Assembly (NCBI GenBank): GCA_002162675.1
Contig: MAAE01000015.1
Location: forward strand, 34,438-98,437
Reading direction: 5' to 3'
Length of the DNA stretch: 64,000 nt
From: Colwellia sp. 39_35_sub15_T18
Lineage (GTDB): Bacteria > Pseudomonadota > Gammaproteobacteria > Enterobacterales > Alteromonadaceae
Within the stretch, counting starts at the first letter, position 1; each line of letters opens with the position of its first letter. A program made the position numbers and the translations under genes. Of the stretch, positions 44,202 through 53,710 are shown piece after piece. The notes under the pieces are model-generated. The model was not told the origin of the DNA. It ran no database searches and saw nothing but the letters and a program-made list of their open reading frames with translations.

Positions 44202-44963
44202 ATGGGAAGACGTAAAGGTGATAACCCTTTTAAGTCTAGACAGTTAGGAATGATTGATGGAAAAATCAAACTGATCAATGGTTATTTGGCATCGCTACCG
44301 AAGGGGTTGACGTTTGAGGAATATAAAGATTTTGAAAAGTATATCGCCGACAAAGTTGGGTGTTGTATCACGACTATTACACGCCAAGATGCATATATTA
44401 AATTAATTGTCACCAAATGGGGGGATATGAATCCCGATATTGACAAGATAGACCCCGATAATGCGACTCCTGCTCAAATTAAAAAACTTGTAGATTATTA
44501 CAAGGTGGAAAGTGCAACCTCGAAAGGTGATTTACGAAGAAAGCAAAAATATTTTGAAAGCGCAGAATATATTAATGAGTGGCTAGAATCGAATGCCACG
44601 AGTGAGCAGCCTTATCTCATCCCTTGGCTAGCAGAAGCTGATATGGAGCCAAAACGCCTTTCTGACGACTCGGTCATAACTGAACAGACAAAGTTGCTAT
44701 CAGGCGGTTTAGATAAGCCAGAGGGCACTGGCAGTGAACCAAGTTGGCAGCAGAAATACGAAGTGACCTGTGAGGCTTTTGCTCTTTATATCTCTAAAAC
44801 GGGAAGCATATGGGGCATTAATTATGACCGTAAGGCAGACACTTTGATAGGCGCACCAATTACTGAGGATGATGACACCATTGATTATTACCTCCCAGAC
44901 GAAAGCGTTCCGAATGCCTCTTTAAGATATTTACGTGAATTCTTGGACGGAAAAGGACGCTAA
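44202..44963 (+). CDS. Hypothetical protein in the recombinase operon
   Basis: 253-aa ORF, 4 nt after the previous stop; no motif recognised. Confidence 0.7.
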   Translation: MGRRKGDNPFKSRQLGMIDGKIKLINGYLASLPKGLTFEEYKDFEKYIADKVGCCITTITRQDAYIKLIVTKWGDMNPDIDKIDPDNATPAQIKKLVDYYKVESATSKGDLRRKQKYFESAEYINEWLESNATSEQPYLIPWLAEADMEPKRLSDDSVITEQTKLLSGGLDKPEGTGSEPSWQQKYEVTCEAFALYISKTGSIWGINYDRKADTLIGAPITEDDDTIDYYLPDESVPNASLRYLREFLDGKGR

Positions 44964-44964
44964 C

Positions 44965-45465
44965 ATGTCAAACATATTGCTTGCTGAATTGAGCAACATG
45001 CCAGCCAACTCAAAATCAACAGTCATGTTGAAAGAGTACCTTAGTAAGTTGTTAAAAGAAGGCTGGAAGTTACCGGAGGGCAACAGCAAGGAAGGTGTTG
45101 ACATAACGGCTCTTACGAACTCAGCGGGGCTTGGGCGACAGGCGTTTTACCCTGACCGAGGTGCCGCTGAAACTATAACAATGTACCAATGGGCAGTGAA
45201 AAAAATTGGTATTGAAACCATTATTGAGCGAGAAGAACGCGCATTAAATTCAGACACAACTGACGCAGAAATATTAAAGACGATGCTGAAAGAATCCGAA
45301 AGAAAGCTTGGAGATAAAGGTAAAGAAGTTCTGAAGTTACAGGCACATAACAGAAACCTTGTTAAGCAACTTAAAAAACGTAATGACGAGATCGAGCAAA
45401 TGAATTCCGTCAATACAGCGCGTCTGGATGGATATGAGGTGATAATCCCGTGGATAAACGAATAA
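44965..45465 (+). CDS. Small HTH-like plus coiled-coil protein in the recombinase operon
   Basis: VDITALTNSAGLGRQAFY HTH-like segment followed by heptads; ATG 1 nt after the previous stop. Confidence 0.65.
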   Translation: MSNILLAELSNMPANSKSTVMLKEYLSKLLKEGWKLPEGNSKEGVDITALTNSAGLGRQAFYPDRGAAETITMYQWAVKKIGIETIIEREERALNSDTTDAEILKTMLKESERKLGDKGKEVLKLQAHNRNLVKQLKKRNDEIEQMNSVNTARLDGYEVIIPWINE

Positions 45466-45476
45466 TTAACAGCTTC

Positions 45477-47498
45477 ATGTTGGTGACATCCATTCGCCCA
45501 CAGCTTAACTCTGTTAGCGTCTCTGGCACATACGACAAGCAACAACGCACGGCTGAATTTCCAGACCTCAATAATATTCCGCGTGTTGGGGATTTAATTC
45601 AGATGAACGGCATCCTTGTACAAGGGGAGCGTCGAAGAGTTCTGAAAGTAAAAAGTTGGAAGCTTACACCTGCGACTGCCGCAAATATTTTTGAATTCAT
45701 TAAACGCGCTATATCCTTTAAGAGTGTCTTAAATAATCGACAGCTAAAAGCCCTTCATAAAGCCTACTTTGCCTTTCCAAGGCGGCTCATTGCAGCTATG
45801 TCGGGAAATCGAACAGCAGAATTGGAACGAGTCGTCGGTTGTTTCATGACTGCCGCCAAACTTGAAGGGGCTTGGGAGGTTCATCTCCGTGAACTCAAGG
45901 TTGTGCACTATTTGTCAGAATACAGCTTAAACCCGCAGGAGGCGCTCGCTATGCTCGATTTACATCACCTTAAAGTCATTGAGGTTGTTGAAACCAACCC
46001 CTACGCGCTGATGCCTGTCATAGGCTTTGAACGAGTGGACGCTATCTGTATGAAAAAAGGGATTGATGAATTTGACCCTCAACGGCTTGCTGCCCTTGGC
46101 TGTTACTTAGCTAGAAAGCAAACGCAGAATACTGGCAGTAGTCTGTTAAGCGAACATGACTTCAATATCGGAGCACAGGAGTTTGGGGTTGATACTCGTT
46201 CAATAATTTATGAATCAAAGCGCAGTGGGGTCTTGATTGTAAACGGGGAGTGTATAACTTCAGCTTGCTATCACGAGATGGAAACAAGGATTCGCACCTA
46301 TCTAACACAAGTAGAAAGGCTTCCTTGTGTGATGTTTCATGATTACGAAATTGACACTGAAATATCTCTATTTAACCGGATTGGAATATTCCCTTTGCAT
46401 GAAAAGCAAGCTTTGGCTGTTCGGCTCGCTATGCATCATCCAATCACCTGTATACGAGGCGCGGCAGGGGTTGGAAAAACAGAAGTCATCAATGCTATCT
46501 CAACCATTAACAAGCGAATGACAGGAACGTCTGTGACATCAACCGCGTTGAGTTCAATTGCTGTTGATCGTATAAAACAAGCCACAGGTCTTAAAGAATG
46601 CTACACAATCGCAAAACTCAAATCCGACTACTTGCTGAAAAAGCTAGACATCAAAGCTGGCACAATCTTAGTAGTTGATGAAAGCTCTATGCTGAGCGTT
46701 CAGGATCTATATGTGCTCTGTAACCTCGGTCTTCGTGATGTTCGTATAGTGTTTGTTGGTGACACAAATCAGTTAGAACCGATAGGTTACGGCTCTTTCT
46801 TTAAACAAGCGACACAATACTTTCCAACCACAACATTAACAAAAGTATGGCGAGCTGAGGCAAAAGAAATAACTTTTGCAGCCAACACTATTTTGAACGG
46901 TGAACGACCAAGTGCTCAAGGTGCATTTGGCTATATAAAAAGACAGATAAATGAAATAGTATCTTATGCACACGAAGAGAATGCACAAGTTATCGCTGCA
47001 ACAAATAGAACAGTGGCAAAGATAAACACGGAGATCCAAACAGCTAAATATTCTGCATCTGCGGTGCCAGACCTCTCGATTATGTCAACACCTTTTTATC
47101 GAGGTGATAGAGTGATTTTCACTAGGAACTTGAATAACTTAGGAATATACAATGGACAGTTTGCCAAGTTCGTATGGGCTAAGAACAACGAACTAGTATT
47201 TCATCTTGAAACTGCAAGCGGGAAGCACAGTGAAAAGATTATTAGTTATCATCAGGCTGCCAATGCAGGTGTTCAATTGGGGTACGCTTGTACGGGACAC
47301 AAGTCACAAGGGGCTGGCTTCGACAAAGTTGTAGCGGTGATGGAGAATATACCTATGTGCAATAAAAACTGGGCATACACAGCAATAACAAGAGCGAAAA
47401 AAGAAGTACGTGTTGCTGAAATTACAAGGCTAGAAACTGTGATGAACCAACCAATTCTACAACGAATGACGCAACGAATGGTTCCGCTAGTGTCTTAA
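45477..47498 (+). CDS. RecD2-like SF1B helicase/ATPase
   Basis: GAAGVGKT, VVDESSM, VGDTNQLEPIG, GYACTGHKSQG, YTAITRAK; N-terminal NPY..GFERVD segment; ATG at 45477 preferred over 45450. Confidence 0.88.
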   Translation: MLVTSIRPQLNSVSVSGTYDKQQRTAEFPDLNNIPRVGDLIQMNGILVQGERRRVLKVKSWKLTPATAANIFEFIKRAISFKSVLNNRQLKALHKAYFAFPRRLIAAMSGNRTAELERVVGCFMTAAKLEGAWEVHLRELKVVHYLSEYSLNPQEALAMLDLHHLKVIEVVETNPYALMPVIGFERVDAICMKKGIDEFDPQRLAALGCYLARKQTQNTGSSLLSEHDFNIGAQEFGVDTRSIIYESKRSGVLIVNGECITSACYHEMETRIRTYLTQVERLPCVMFHDYEIDTEISLFNRIGIFPLHEKQALAVRLAMHHPITCIRGAAGVGKTEVINAISTINKRMTGTSVTSTALSSIAVDRIKQATGLKECYTIAKLKSDYLLKKLDIKAGTILVVDESSMLSVQDLYVLCNLGLRDVRIVFVGDTNQLEPIGYGSFFKQATQYFPTTTLTKVWRAEAKEITFAANTILNGERPSAQGAFGYIKRQINEIVSYAHEENAQVIAATNRTVAKINTEIQTAKYSASAVPDLSIMSTPFYRGDRVIFTRNLNNLGIYNGQFAKFVWAKNNELVFHLETASGKHSEKIISYHQAANAGVQLGYACTGHKSQGAGFDKVVAVMENIPMCNKNWAYTAITRAKKEVRVAEITRLETVMNQPILQRMTQRMVPLVS

Positions 47499-47953
47499 TT
47501 TGTAGTAGCTCAAACTTGAATTGACACTTTTAGTAAATAGGACTTTATCAAGCCTGACGGTATCTAAAGCTACCACTATAGATTCTTTAAATTAAATTGT
47601 CATCTCTCCCGACTGACCTAAAACGTTCATGTGGTAATCGCACTACTTAATAGTCTAGTTTGTCTCGCTAATATTTGTATTCTCACCTTCTATAGTTTAA
47701 TGCTATGTGTAAAGGCAAAGAAATCAACCAGTCATGTTTACCCCTTATTATGTGCTTAAATGCTATTAAAGTACTATTGTAAAGGAAAATCACATTGAAA
47801 AAGCCAACGTAAATTATAATACATGTTGAAAAACAAAAACTTAAGTGGTGGGAGTAATTGTAAAATACAGGTAAAACAAATGGTTATACATTTCTATTGT
47901 ATAAGTTGGCTTTCTTTGTATAATAAATCAACTATTAACAAAGGAGTTATAAC

Positions 47954-48097
47954 ATGAACACTCAGCCAAATACAGCAACACCAACAAAACAACTTAGCCC
48001 TGTACTTGCTAGATTAATGGAAGAAGTTAGAAATAATAAAAATACTGTTGGTGGCAGTTATGATAGAACTCACAATCGCCACAATAGAGGCCAGTAA
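47954..48097 (+). CDS. yhhA: YhhA-family cyclophane RiPP (triceptide) precursor, 47 aa, not in ORF track
   Basis: MNTQPNTATPTKQLSPVLARLMEEVRNNKNTVGGSYDRTHNRHNRGQ*; AAGGAG RBS; YDR/HNR/HNR motifs; 5 nt before the rSAM gene (symbol unrelated to E. coli yhhA). Confidence 0.9.
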   Translation: MNTQPNTATPTKQLSPVLARLMEEVRNNKNTVGGSYDRTHNRHNRGQ

Positions 48098-48102
48098 CCT
48101 TT

Positions 48103-49221
48103 ATGGCAGTACGTTTGGATACGGTATTAATTAAAACGGCAAGCCGTTGTAATTTAGATTGCTCTTATTGTTATGTTTACCAAGGTGAAGATACTAGTTG
48201 GAAACAGCAACCTAAAAAGATGTCCGTAGAAACAATAAACGTGCTAGTTAACCGACTTGTTGAACAGTCACAAAGCCAAAGTGTCGGTTTTGCAATTGTT
48301 CTTCATGGAGGGGAGCCTTTATTGCTTGGGTATGAGCGATTGCAATATCTTCTTAAGCTATTAAGGGAGAGTTTTAATCACGAGCTATATCCGATAAGCC
48401 TACAAACCAATGGGGGCTTGTTAACAAAAAAGTATCTAGATCTTTTTTCTGATATGAAAGTTAGTGTCTCTGTTAGTATTGATGGGAATAGGCTCGCTAA
48501 TGATTTGGCTAGAGTCAGCCGTTCAGGACAAAGTTCATTTGATGATACCGTTAAAGGTATTCATTTATTGAAAAGCCATCCTGATAATGATTTTCTATTC
48601 GCTGGAACGCTTTCTGTTGTACAGCCATCTATATCACCACTCGACACCTACAATTTTTTGAAAAGTTTAGGCACTCCAAGCATGGATTTTCTATTTCAGG
48701 ATGGTAATCATGATAAATTACCGCTAGGTAAAATATCATTTGAGTCAACTGAATATGGTTCATGGATGTCTGAGTTATTGACGATTTATCTTTCTGATAA
48801 AGAGCCTGTAAAGATACCTTGTATTGATGACATTATAAGGTTATCGATGGGGGGGAAATCATCTAAAGAAGGGAAAGGGCAAGAGTCATTTGGTATTTTA
48901 ATAATAGAAACTGATGGTGAAATAAGAAAAAACGATACACTACGATTATCATTTGACGGTGCTGACTTTTTCAGTGTTAGGGAAAATGTTAGAGATACCC
49001 CTTTATCTAGGGTTATTAACTCTAGTGAATTTAAAGCTGTTTCTGAATTACAGACACCCACGTCTTCAACTTGTTTAAATTGTGCCTCTTTAGACGTTTG
49101 TGGTGGTGGAATGCCTCTTTACAGATGGAGCGATCAAAATGGATATGATAACCCTTCAATTTTCTGCAAAGATCATTATATTTTTATTGAAAATATAAAA
49201 TCCACTTTGCATGGAATCTAA
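48103..49221 (+). CDS. yhhB: Cyclophane-forming radical SAM/SPASM peptide maturase
   Basis: CNLDCSYC, HGGEPLL, IIETDG, C-terminal CLNCASLDVCGGG...IFC. Confidence 0.88.
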   Translation: MAVRLDTVLIKTASRCNLDCSYCYVYQGEDTSWKQQPKKMSVETINVLVNRLVEQSQSQSVGFAIVLHGGEPLLLGYERLQYLLKLLRESFNHELYPISLQTNGGLLTKKYLDLFSDMKVSVSVSIDGNRLANDLARVSRSGQSSFDDTVKGIHLLKSHPDNDFLFAGTLSVVQPSISPLDTYNFLKSLGTPSMDFLFQDGNHDKLPLGKISFESTEYGSWMSELLTIYLSDKEPVKIPCIDDIIRLSMGGKSSKEGKGQESFGILIIETDGEIRKNDTLRLSFDGADFFSVRENVRDTPLSRVINSSEFKAVSELQTPTSSTCLNCASLDVCGGGMPLYRWSDQNGYDNPSIFCKDHYIFIENIKSTLHGI

Positions 49222-49247
49222 TTTATTTTCATCAAATAGGCTAAATT

Positions 49248-49838
49248 ATGTTTCCAAATTTAAATGATATTGACTTTAAGGATGAACCTTATAAGTTTTT
49301 TTCTAGTTCTCCAAATACCGATGATAAAACGATATCAACATGGTTAGATTGGTTTGAAAATCAAGCGCCTTGGCGTTTAGTTGAGACGGATTTTTATGAG
49401 CAACATGAATTTAGCTTATTAAATATGGATTTGCCAGAATGTGTTTCTATCTTGGCTCATGAGGATACTTTAAATCATGTGAAAAGTAAGGTTGAGGAGT
49501 TATTTAATGTTCGACTTTCTAGTAATTTAGAAGTTATCGCTCATAAATTAGTTAAGGGTCAAACGATTCGAATTCATAATGACTTTCTAAATATTAATGA
49601 TAGAGAGACGCATAGAGTATTACTACAATTAAACCGAAATTTTGATGAAAGTAACGGTGGCTTTTTGATGATATTTAAAGGGAAGGAGCCTGAAGATTTA
49701 GTTGAGATAATCGAACCTATTAGTGGTTCTGTTCAAGGGTTTGAAATATCTTCTGAATCACATCATGCCGTGAGTACCATCCATAGCGGAGAAAGGTATA
49801 CAGTGGTTTATTCCTTTAGAGAAATAGTTAACGATTAA
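49248..49838 (+). CDS. yhhC: 2OG-Fe(II) oxygenase associated with the cyclophane RiPP
   Basis: IRIHND (HxD), GG.L, SHHAVS (distal H), ERYTVVYSF. Confidence 0.85.
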   Translation: MFPNLNDIDFKDEPYKFFSSSPNTDDKTISTWLDWFENQAPWRLVETDFYEQHEFSLLNMDLPECVSILAHEDTLNHVKSKVEELFNVRLSSNLEVIAHKLVKGQTIRIHNDFLNINDRETHRVLLQLNRNFDESNGGFLMIFKGKEPEDLVEIIEPISGSVQGFEISSESHHAVSTIHSGERYTVVYSFREIVND

Positions 49839-49981
49839 TTACAGAATATGAATGGCATAGCTACCTGTCAGATTTAATTAAGCTCTGTAATTTACAAATG
49901 TCAGAATTTCTGTTTCATCCAACACAACACACAAATCAATGCGCAATAACTTATGCCACCATTTAGTAATTCCGTTTACAG

Positions 49982-51361
49982 TTAACTGCATTTAGCGAAT
50001 ACCTCTAAGGCTTTTACTTGTTGCAACGCACAGTTTTTAGGCCAACCAAATCGCTTATCATCAGGAACACCTGCTGAAGTATCAAATGGCACTATCCATA
50101 AACTTAAGACACTCTCATCATCAAAATCAAAACTCTGCTCAATAGCCTCTTGAAAGTCAGCATGACTTGGGTAAATCAAAAATAGCTCACCTTTACCCTT
50201 TAAATATTTATGACCGTAGGCAAACATTTGATAAAAATCTGATTGTGATAAACCATATTTATTGTCTTCATCTGTTTGATTAATCAACTTCCACTTAGTA
50301 TCAAGTACGCAGGCACTTTGACCTTTTTTTATTCCGTTAGTGTAACGAAGTAAAAGGTCAGGTTTGAGTTGAAATCGTCTTTTACTTTTATGTTTAACCA
50401 AGTATTTAGAACTAGCTTGTGTCTTTAAACTTAAACCTTCAAGAGGATGTTTATTTAAAATACTCGCGACATAGCTTTCAAATACGGCTTCCATGGGGAA
50501 CAACAATGAAAAAGCATTACTTTTCCCTTGTAATGTTAGTGGTGAAAACCCTTCAAGAATTAGCCTTGTCCACGCAAGAGGGGCTTCATAATAATTCATA
50601 CCTCTATCGAGCTTGATACTGGCAAAATCATTCTTAATATTATTACTGACAGGTATGTCGGCAAAAGCAAACAGTAACTCTTGAATGAGTTTTTGGTTAT
50701 TGGCACTTCGACTGTAGCCACTTACTTTTTTTAGTGCTGTGTGAAGTAAACGATTTACGGGCCTATCTTGCTGATATTCTTCATACTCAACATAAAATTT
50801 ATGCTTATTAATGAAATTATGCTGAACTTGCTTGCCCACTAATAATTTACCTTTTAAGAAAGCAACATTATCTTGCTGTCTCACATAATCACTGCGTAAC
50901 CCTCGCTTAATTAGCGTATTTACCGCAGTCAAAAATTGGCTTATAAACACCTCTAATAACGGTATTTTATTTTTAGCCAAGTTAGCATTATGAGTTTGAA
51001 GATGGCGAAACTGCTTCAGTTCTTTTAACATCATCAACAGCGAGGCACGAGACACCTCTTTAGCATCACCACTTGCTATTTTTTTAGCAAGCTTTGGTAG
51101 AACTTCTATTTGTGTTCCGTCAGGCGTAAAAAGAACGCCTGCATAGTTTTGAACTTGCAGCACTTCACAATTATCAACCTGCTTTAAGCGTAAAAATCTA
51201 CTTTCTGATTCATCACACAAGCATAGTTTTTTTAAATAATCGTATGCTTTTTTAGAAATTGGTTTTATCTTGGCAGAGGCTTGGATTTTATTACTATCAT
51301 CATCGCCATTACCTAAATAACCAAATTCAAATACGGATGTTTGTTTCTTTACAACCAGCAT
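49982..51361 (-). CDS. mcrC: McrC-family restriction nuclease subunit
   Basis: VQNYAG, IEVLPK, LFPMEAVFE, LKPDLLL...LDTKWK...SDFYQMFAY; start overlaps the mcrB stop. Confidence 0.9.
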   Translation of the reverse strand: MLVVKKQTSVFEFGYLGNGDDDSNKIQASAKIKPISKKAYDYLKKLCLCDESESRFLRLKQVDNCEVLQVQNYAGVLFTPDGTQIEVLPKLAKKIASGDAKEVSRASLLMMLKELKQFRHLQTHNANLAKNKIPLLEVFISQFLTAVNTLIKRGLRSDYVRQQDNVAFLKGKLLVGKQVQHNFINKHKFYVEYEEYQQDRPVNRLLHTALKKVSGYSRSANNQKLIQELLFAFADIPVSNNIKNDFASIKLDRGMNYYEAPLAWTRLILEGFSPLTLQGKSNAFSLLFPMEAVFESYVASILNKHPLEGLSLKTQASSKYLVKHKSKRRFQLKPDLLLRYTNGIKKGQSACVLDTKWKLINQTDEDNKYGLSQSDFYQMFAYGHKYLKGKGELFLIYPSHADFQEAIEQSFDFDDESVLSLWIVPFDTSAGVPDDKRFGWPKNCALQQVKALEVFAKCS

Positions 51362-53646
51362 TAAGCGTTGCTCTTTTCAGCCACAACAGAGTCTTCACCT
51401 GTAGCAGGTTCTTCATTAACAGATGCTTTATCTATCTTTTTAAGTACAGTTTCATCATAAATTGCTTGGTATGCCAGATGGTTATGCCATGCAGAGTGCT
51501 CATCATCAAAATCAGCGAGTTTGAAGGTCGTCTTTTTATCTTCATAGGTTTCTAAACCATGATCTTCGCCAAAAATATCGTTATATGACGAGACATGCTT
51601 TTTAATGAAAACATATGGGATTAACGCCTTACTCTTCTTTCGATTATCACCCAGCACTAAACGTATTTTATTCCAATCTTCAAAAAAATATTCTTCTAAT
51701 AATGGGATGATTTTATTTCTAAAGACATGTTGAAGCTCTTCAAAGGCTTTATCTTCGTCTTCTAAATCAACTATGGCAGCAACAGGCATAAAGAACGCAT
51801 GACCTAGCGTATGCTCTCGGTCATAAAGCACTTCAATACGTTCATTCATTTTACTCAGTAACAAATTAAGCTTAATGCCGTTAACCGACTTACCTGCAAA
51901 TAATTCAGGTTTTGGCATCATTTCAACAAAATCAAAACGACGGCGTAATGCAGTATCCATCATCGCCAACGATCTATCTGCCGTGTTCATCGTACCAATG
52001 ATGTGAAGGTTGTCAGGAACAGAAAAAAGAACATTTGAATAAGGCAACGTTACTTCTATCGCTTCAGGTTGTCCGTTACGTTTTGATGGTTCTATTAGAG
52101 TAATTAACTCACCAAATATTCTTGAAATGTTACCTCGGTTAATTTCATCAATAATTAAAACAAAGTTTTTTCTTTCCACAGCAGGCATCTGCTCAGGAGC
52201 ACTAATCTCTCTTAAAAATTTGACTAACGGACGATAGTAAACTCCTAATCCAGACTTGTACTCACGTCTACCTTCAAAAATTTCTCTTAGGGTGGAAATA
52301 CTTAATGTGTGATCTTGGCTGCCACCTCTTTTTTCAAAAAATATCCGCTTGTCATTAAAGTCCAAAATTTTAAATGAGGTCTTAGACATATTCACTTCAA
52401 CGTAATCTTCTTCAGAAAACAGTTCTGTAAAAGCTAACCAAGCATTGTCGAAATTATATGTCGATTCAGAGGCTTTACTATTGAGAAACTTTTCGGCCTG
52501 ACGAGCTATGTCTTTAAAAACACCAGCTTCAACATCGTAGGATATATTGCCATCATCTGAAGAAGCTTTAAGCCCTTCAACAAATTCTTCATAACCATAA
52601 CTTTGATGAAAAGTAACAAACCTAATTCGGCCTTCTGACACTAAATCATCGTATTGCTCTTGATACTCTGCTCTTACTTCATCAATAGAACCTTCTTCAG
52701 GAGAAAATCCAGGCTCTGCCGCATTAACAGCTTCCACTATTGTATTATATGTTTTACCTGTTCCTGGAGGGCCATAAAGGATCTTATTTAAAGACCCTTG
52801 AGTTATTGTTGGATATTTCTGTTCATCAGAATTAACAAAACTTTCACTGTTATTTTTCATGAACAATTCAAAATTTTGTTTCGCACCGTTAAAAGCAAAA
52901 TCAATTAAGGCTTTACGTTCTGGTTTGTCTGGTAAGACTCTCCAAATACGTTTTTGATAGGTATACATGTACCAAGTTAATTTTTTAAAATTGGGTTGCC
53001 AGTCAACTTTTACGGTTTTACCATCATTTAAATTCTCAATAACGATACCAATAGCTTTGATATCCATGACCGATGCCATTTTTCCATTGTTATCAAAAGG
53101 TAAACCATGAGTTTGAGTGTATACTGACTTTATTGCGATCTTATCGCCTTTTTGTATTTGTTTTATTTTATCAGTATATTTCCCATCATTACCGCCTTGC
53201 CAGATACTTTCCTTAATAAACCGTTCAGTTTGGTCATCAACGCCACCATATGAAGCGCCTAAAAACCAATACACTTTATTACTTTCATCACTCTTTCCCT
53301 GTACTTCAAACCCCAAAGTGCTAGCTTTATCTACGAACCTTGAAATATTATCGATACCCCATTGAGTCGTTATCAATAACTCCCCATCTGTAACAGAAAT
53401 AATTTCATCATCTTTGGAAAAGTAACGATTATTTTTTTTATCATCAGAGTTTTCAGGTAATGCATCATATTCAATTTTATTTATAAAAATCCCTCTTGTA
53501 CCTTGCAGTTCATTAGGAAAAGCTTCGAGTAACTCCTGCAAGTTTGGCGCTTCATTTTCAACGTATTCCTTTATCACAGCTAAAACTAAACGGTTCTTAT
53601 GGTGAGAGCGCCCATTAAATATATATTTTGTAAAATCTTTTAGCAT
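51361..53646 (-). CDS. mcrB: McrB-family AAA+ GTPase with extended N-terminal specificity domains
   Basis: LYGPPGTGKT, TFHQSYGYEEFVEG, IIDEINRGN, GTMNTADRS, ALRRRF. Confidence 0.92.
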   Translation of the reverse strand: MLKDFTKYIFNGRSHHKNRLVLAVIKEYVENEAPNLQELLEAFPNELQGTRGIFINKIEYDALPENSDDKKNNRYFSKDDEIISVTDGELLITTQWGIDNISRFVDKASTLGFEVQGKSDESNKVYWFLGASYGGVDDQTERFIKESIWQGGNDGKYTDKIKQIQKGDKIAIKSVYTQTHGLPFDNNGKMASVMDIKAIGIVIENLNDGKTVKVDWQPNFKKLTWYMYTYQKRIWRVLPDKPERKALIDFAFNGAKQNFELFMKNNSESFVNSDEQKYPTITQGSLNKILYGPPGTGKTYNTIVEAVNAAEPGFSPEEGSIDEVRAEYQEQYDDLVSEGRIRFVTFHQSYGYEEFVEGLKASSDDGNISYDVEAGVFKDIARQAEKFLNSKASESTYNFDNAWLAFTELFSEEDYVEVNMSKTSFKILDFNDKRIFFEKRGGSQDHTLSISTLREIFEGRREYKSGLGVYYRPLVKFLREISAPEQMPAVERKNFVLIIDEINRGNISRIFGELITLIEPSKRNGQPEAIEVTLPYSNVLFSVPDNLHIIGTMNTADRSLAMMDTALRRRFDFVEMMPKPELFAGKSVNGIKLNLLLSKMNERIEVLYDREHTLGHAFFMPVAAIVDLEDEDKAFEELQHVFRNKIIPLLEEYFFEDWNKIRLVLGDNRKKSKALIPYVFIKKHVSSYNDIFGEDHGLETYEDKKTTFKLADFDDEHSAWHNHLAYQAIYDETVLKKIDKASVNEEPATGEDSVVAEKSNA

Positions 53647-53710
53647 TTGTGATTTCTTTCCTATTTTTTAATAGATCCATTAATAACTGAAAGCTCGTGA
53701 AAGAAACTAA

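Noticed and set aside
47499-47950. Right att site directly after the helicase
   Set aside because: No copy of the left junction sequence and no 5' half of the desuccinylase gene found here.
47954-49838. His-Xaa-Ser (Hxs) radical SAM system
   Set aside because: The precursor has YDR/HNR rather than HxS repeats, and there is only one rSAM gene and no HxsD-like gene.
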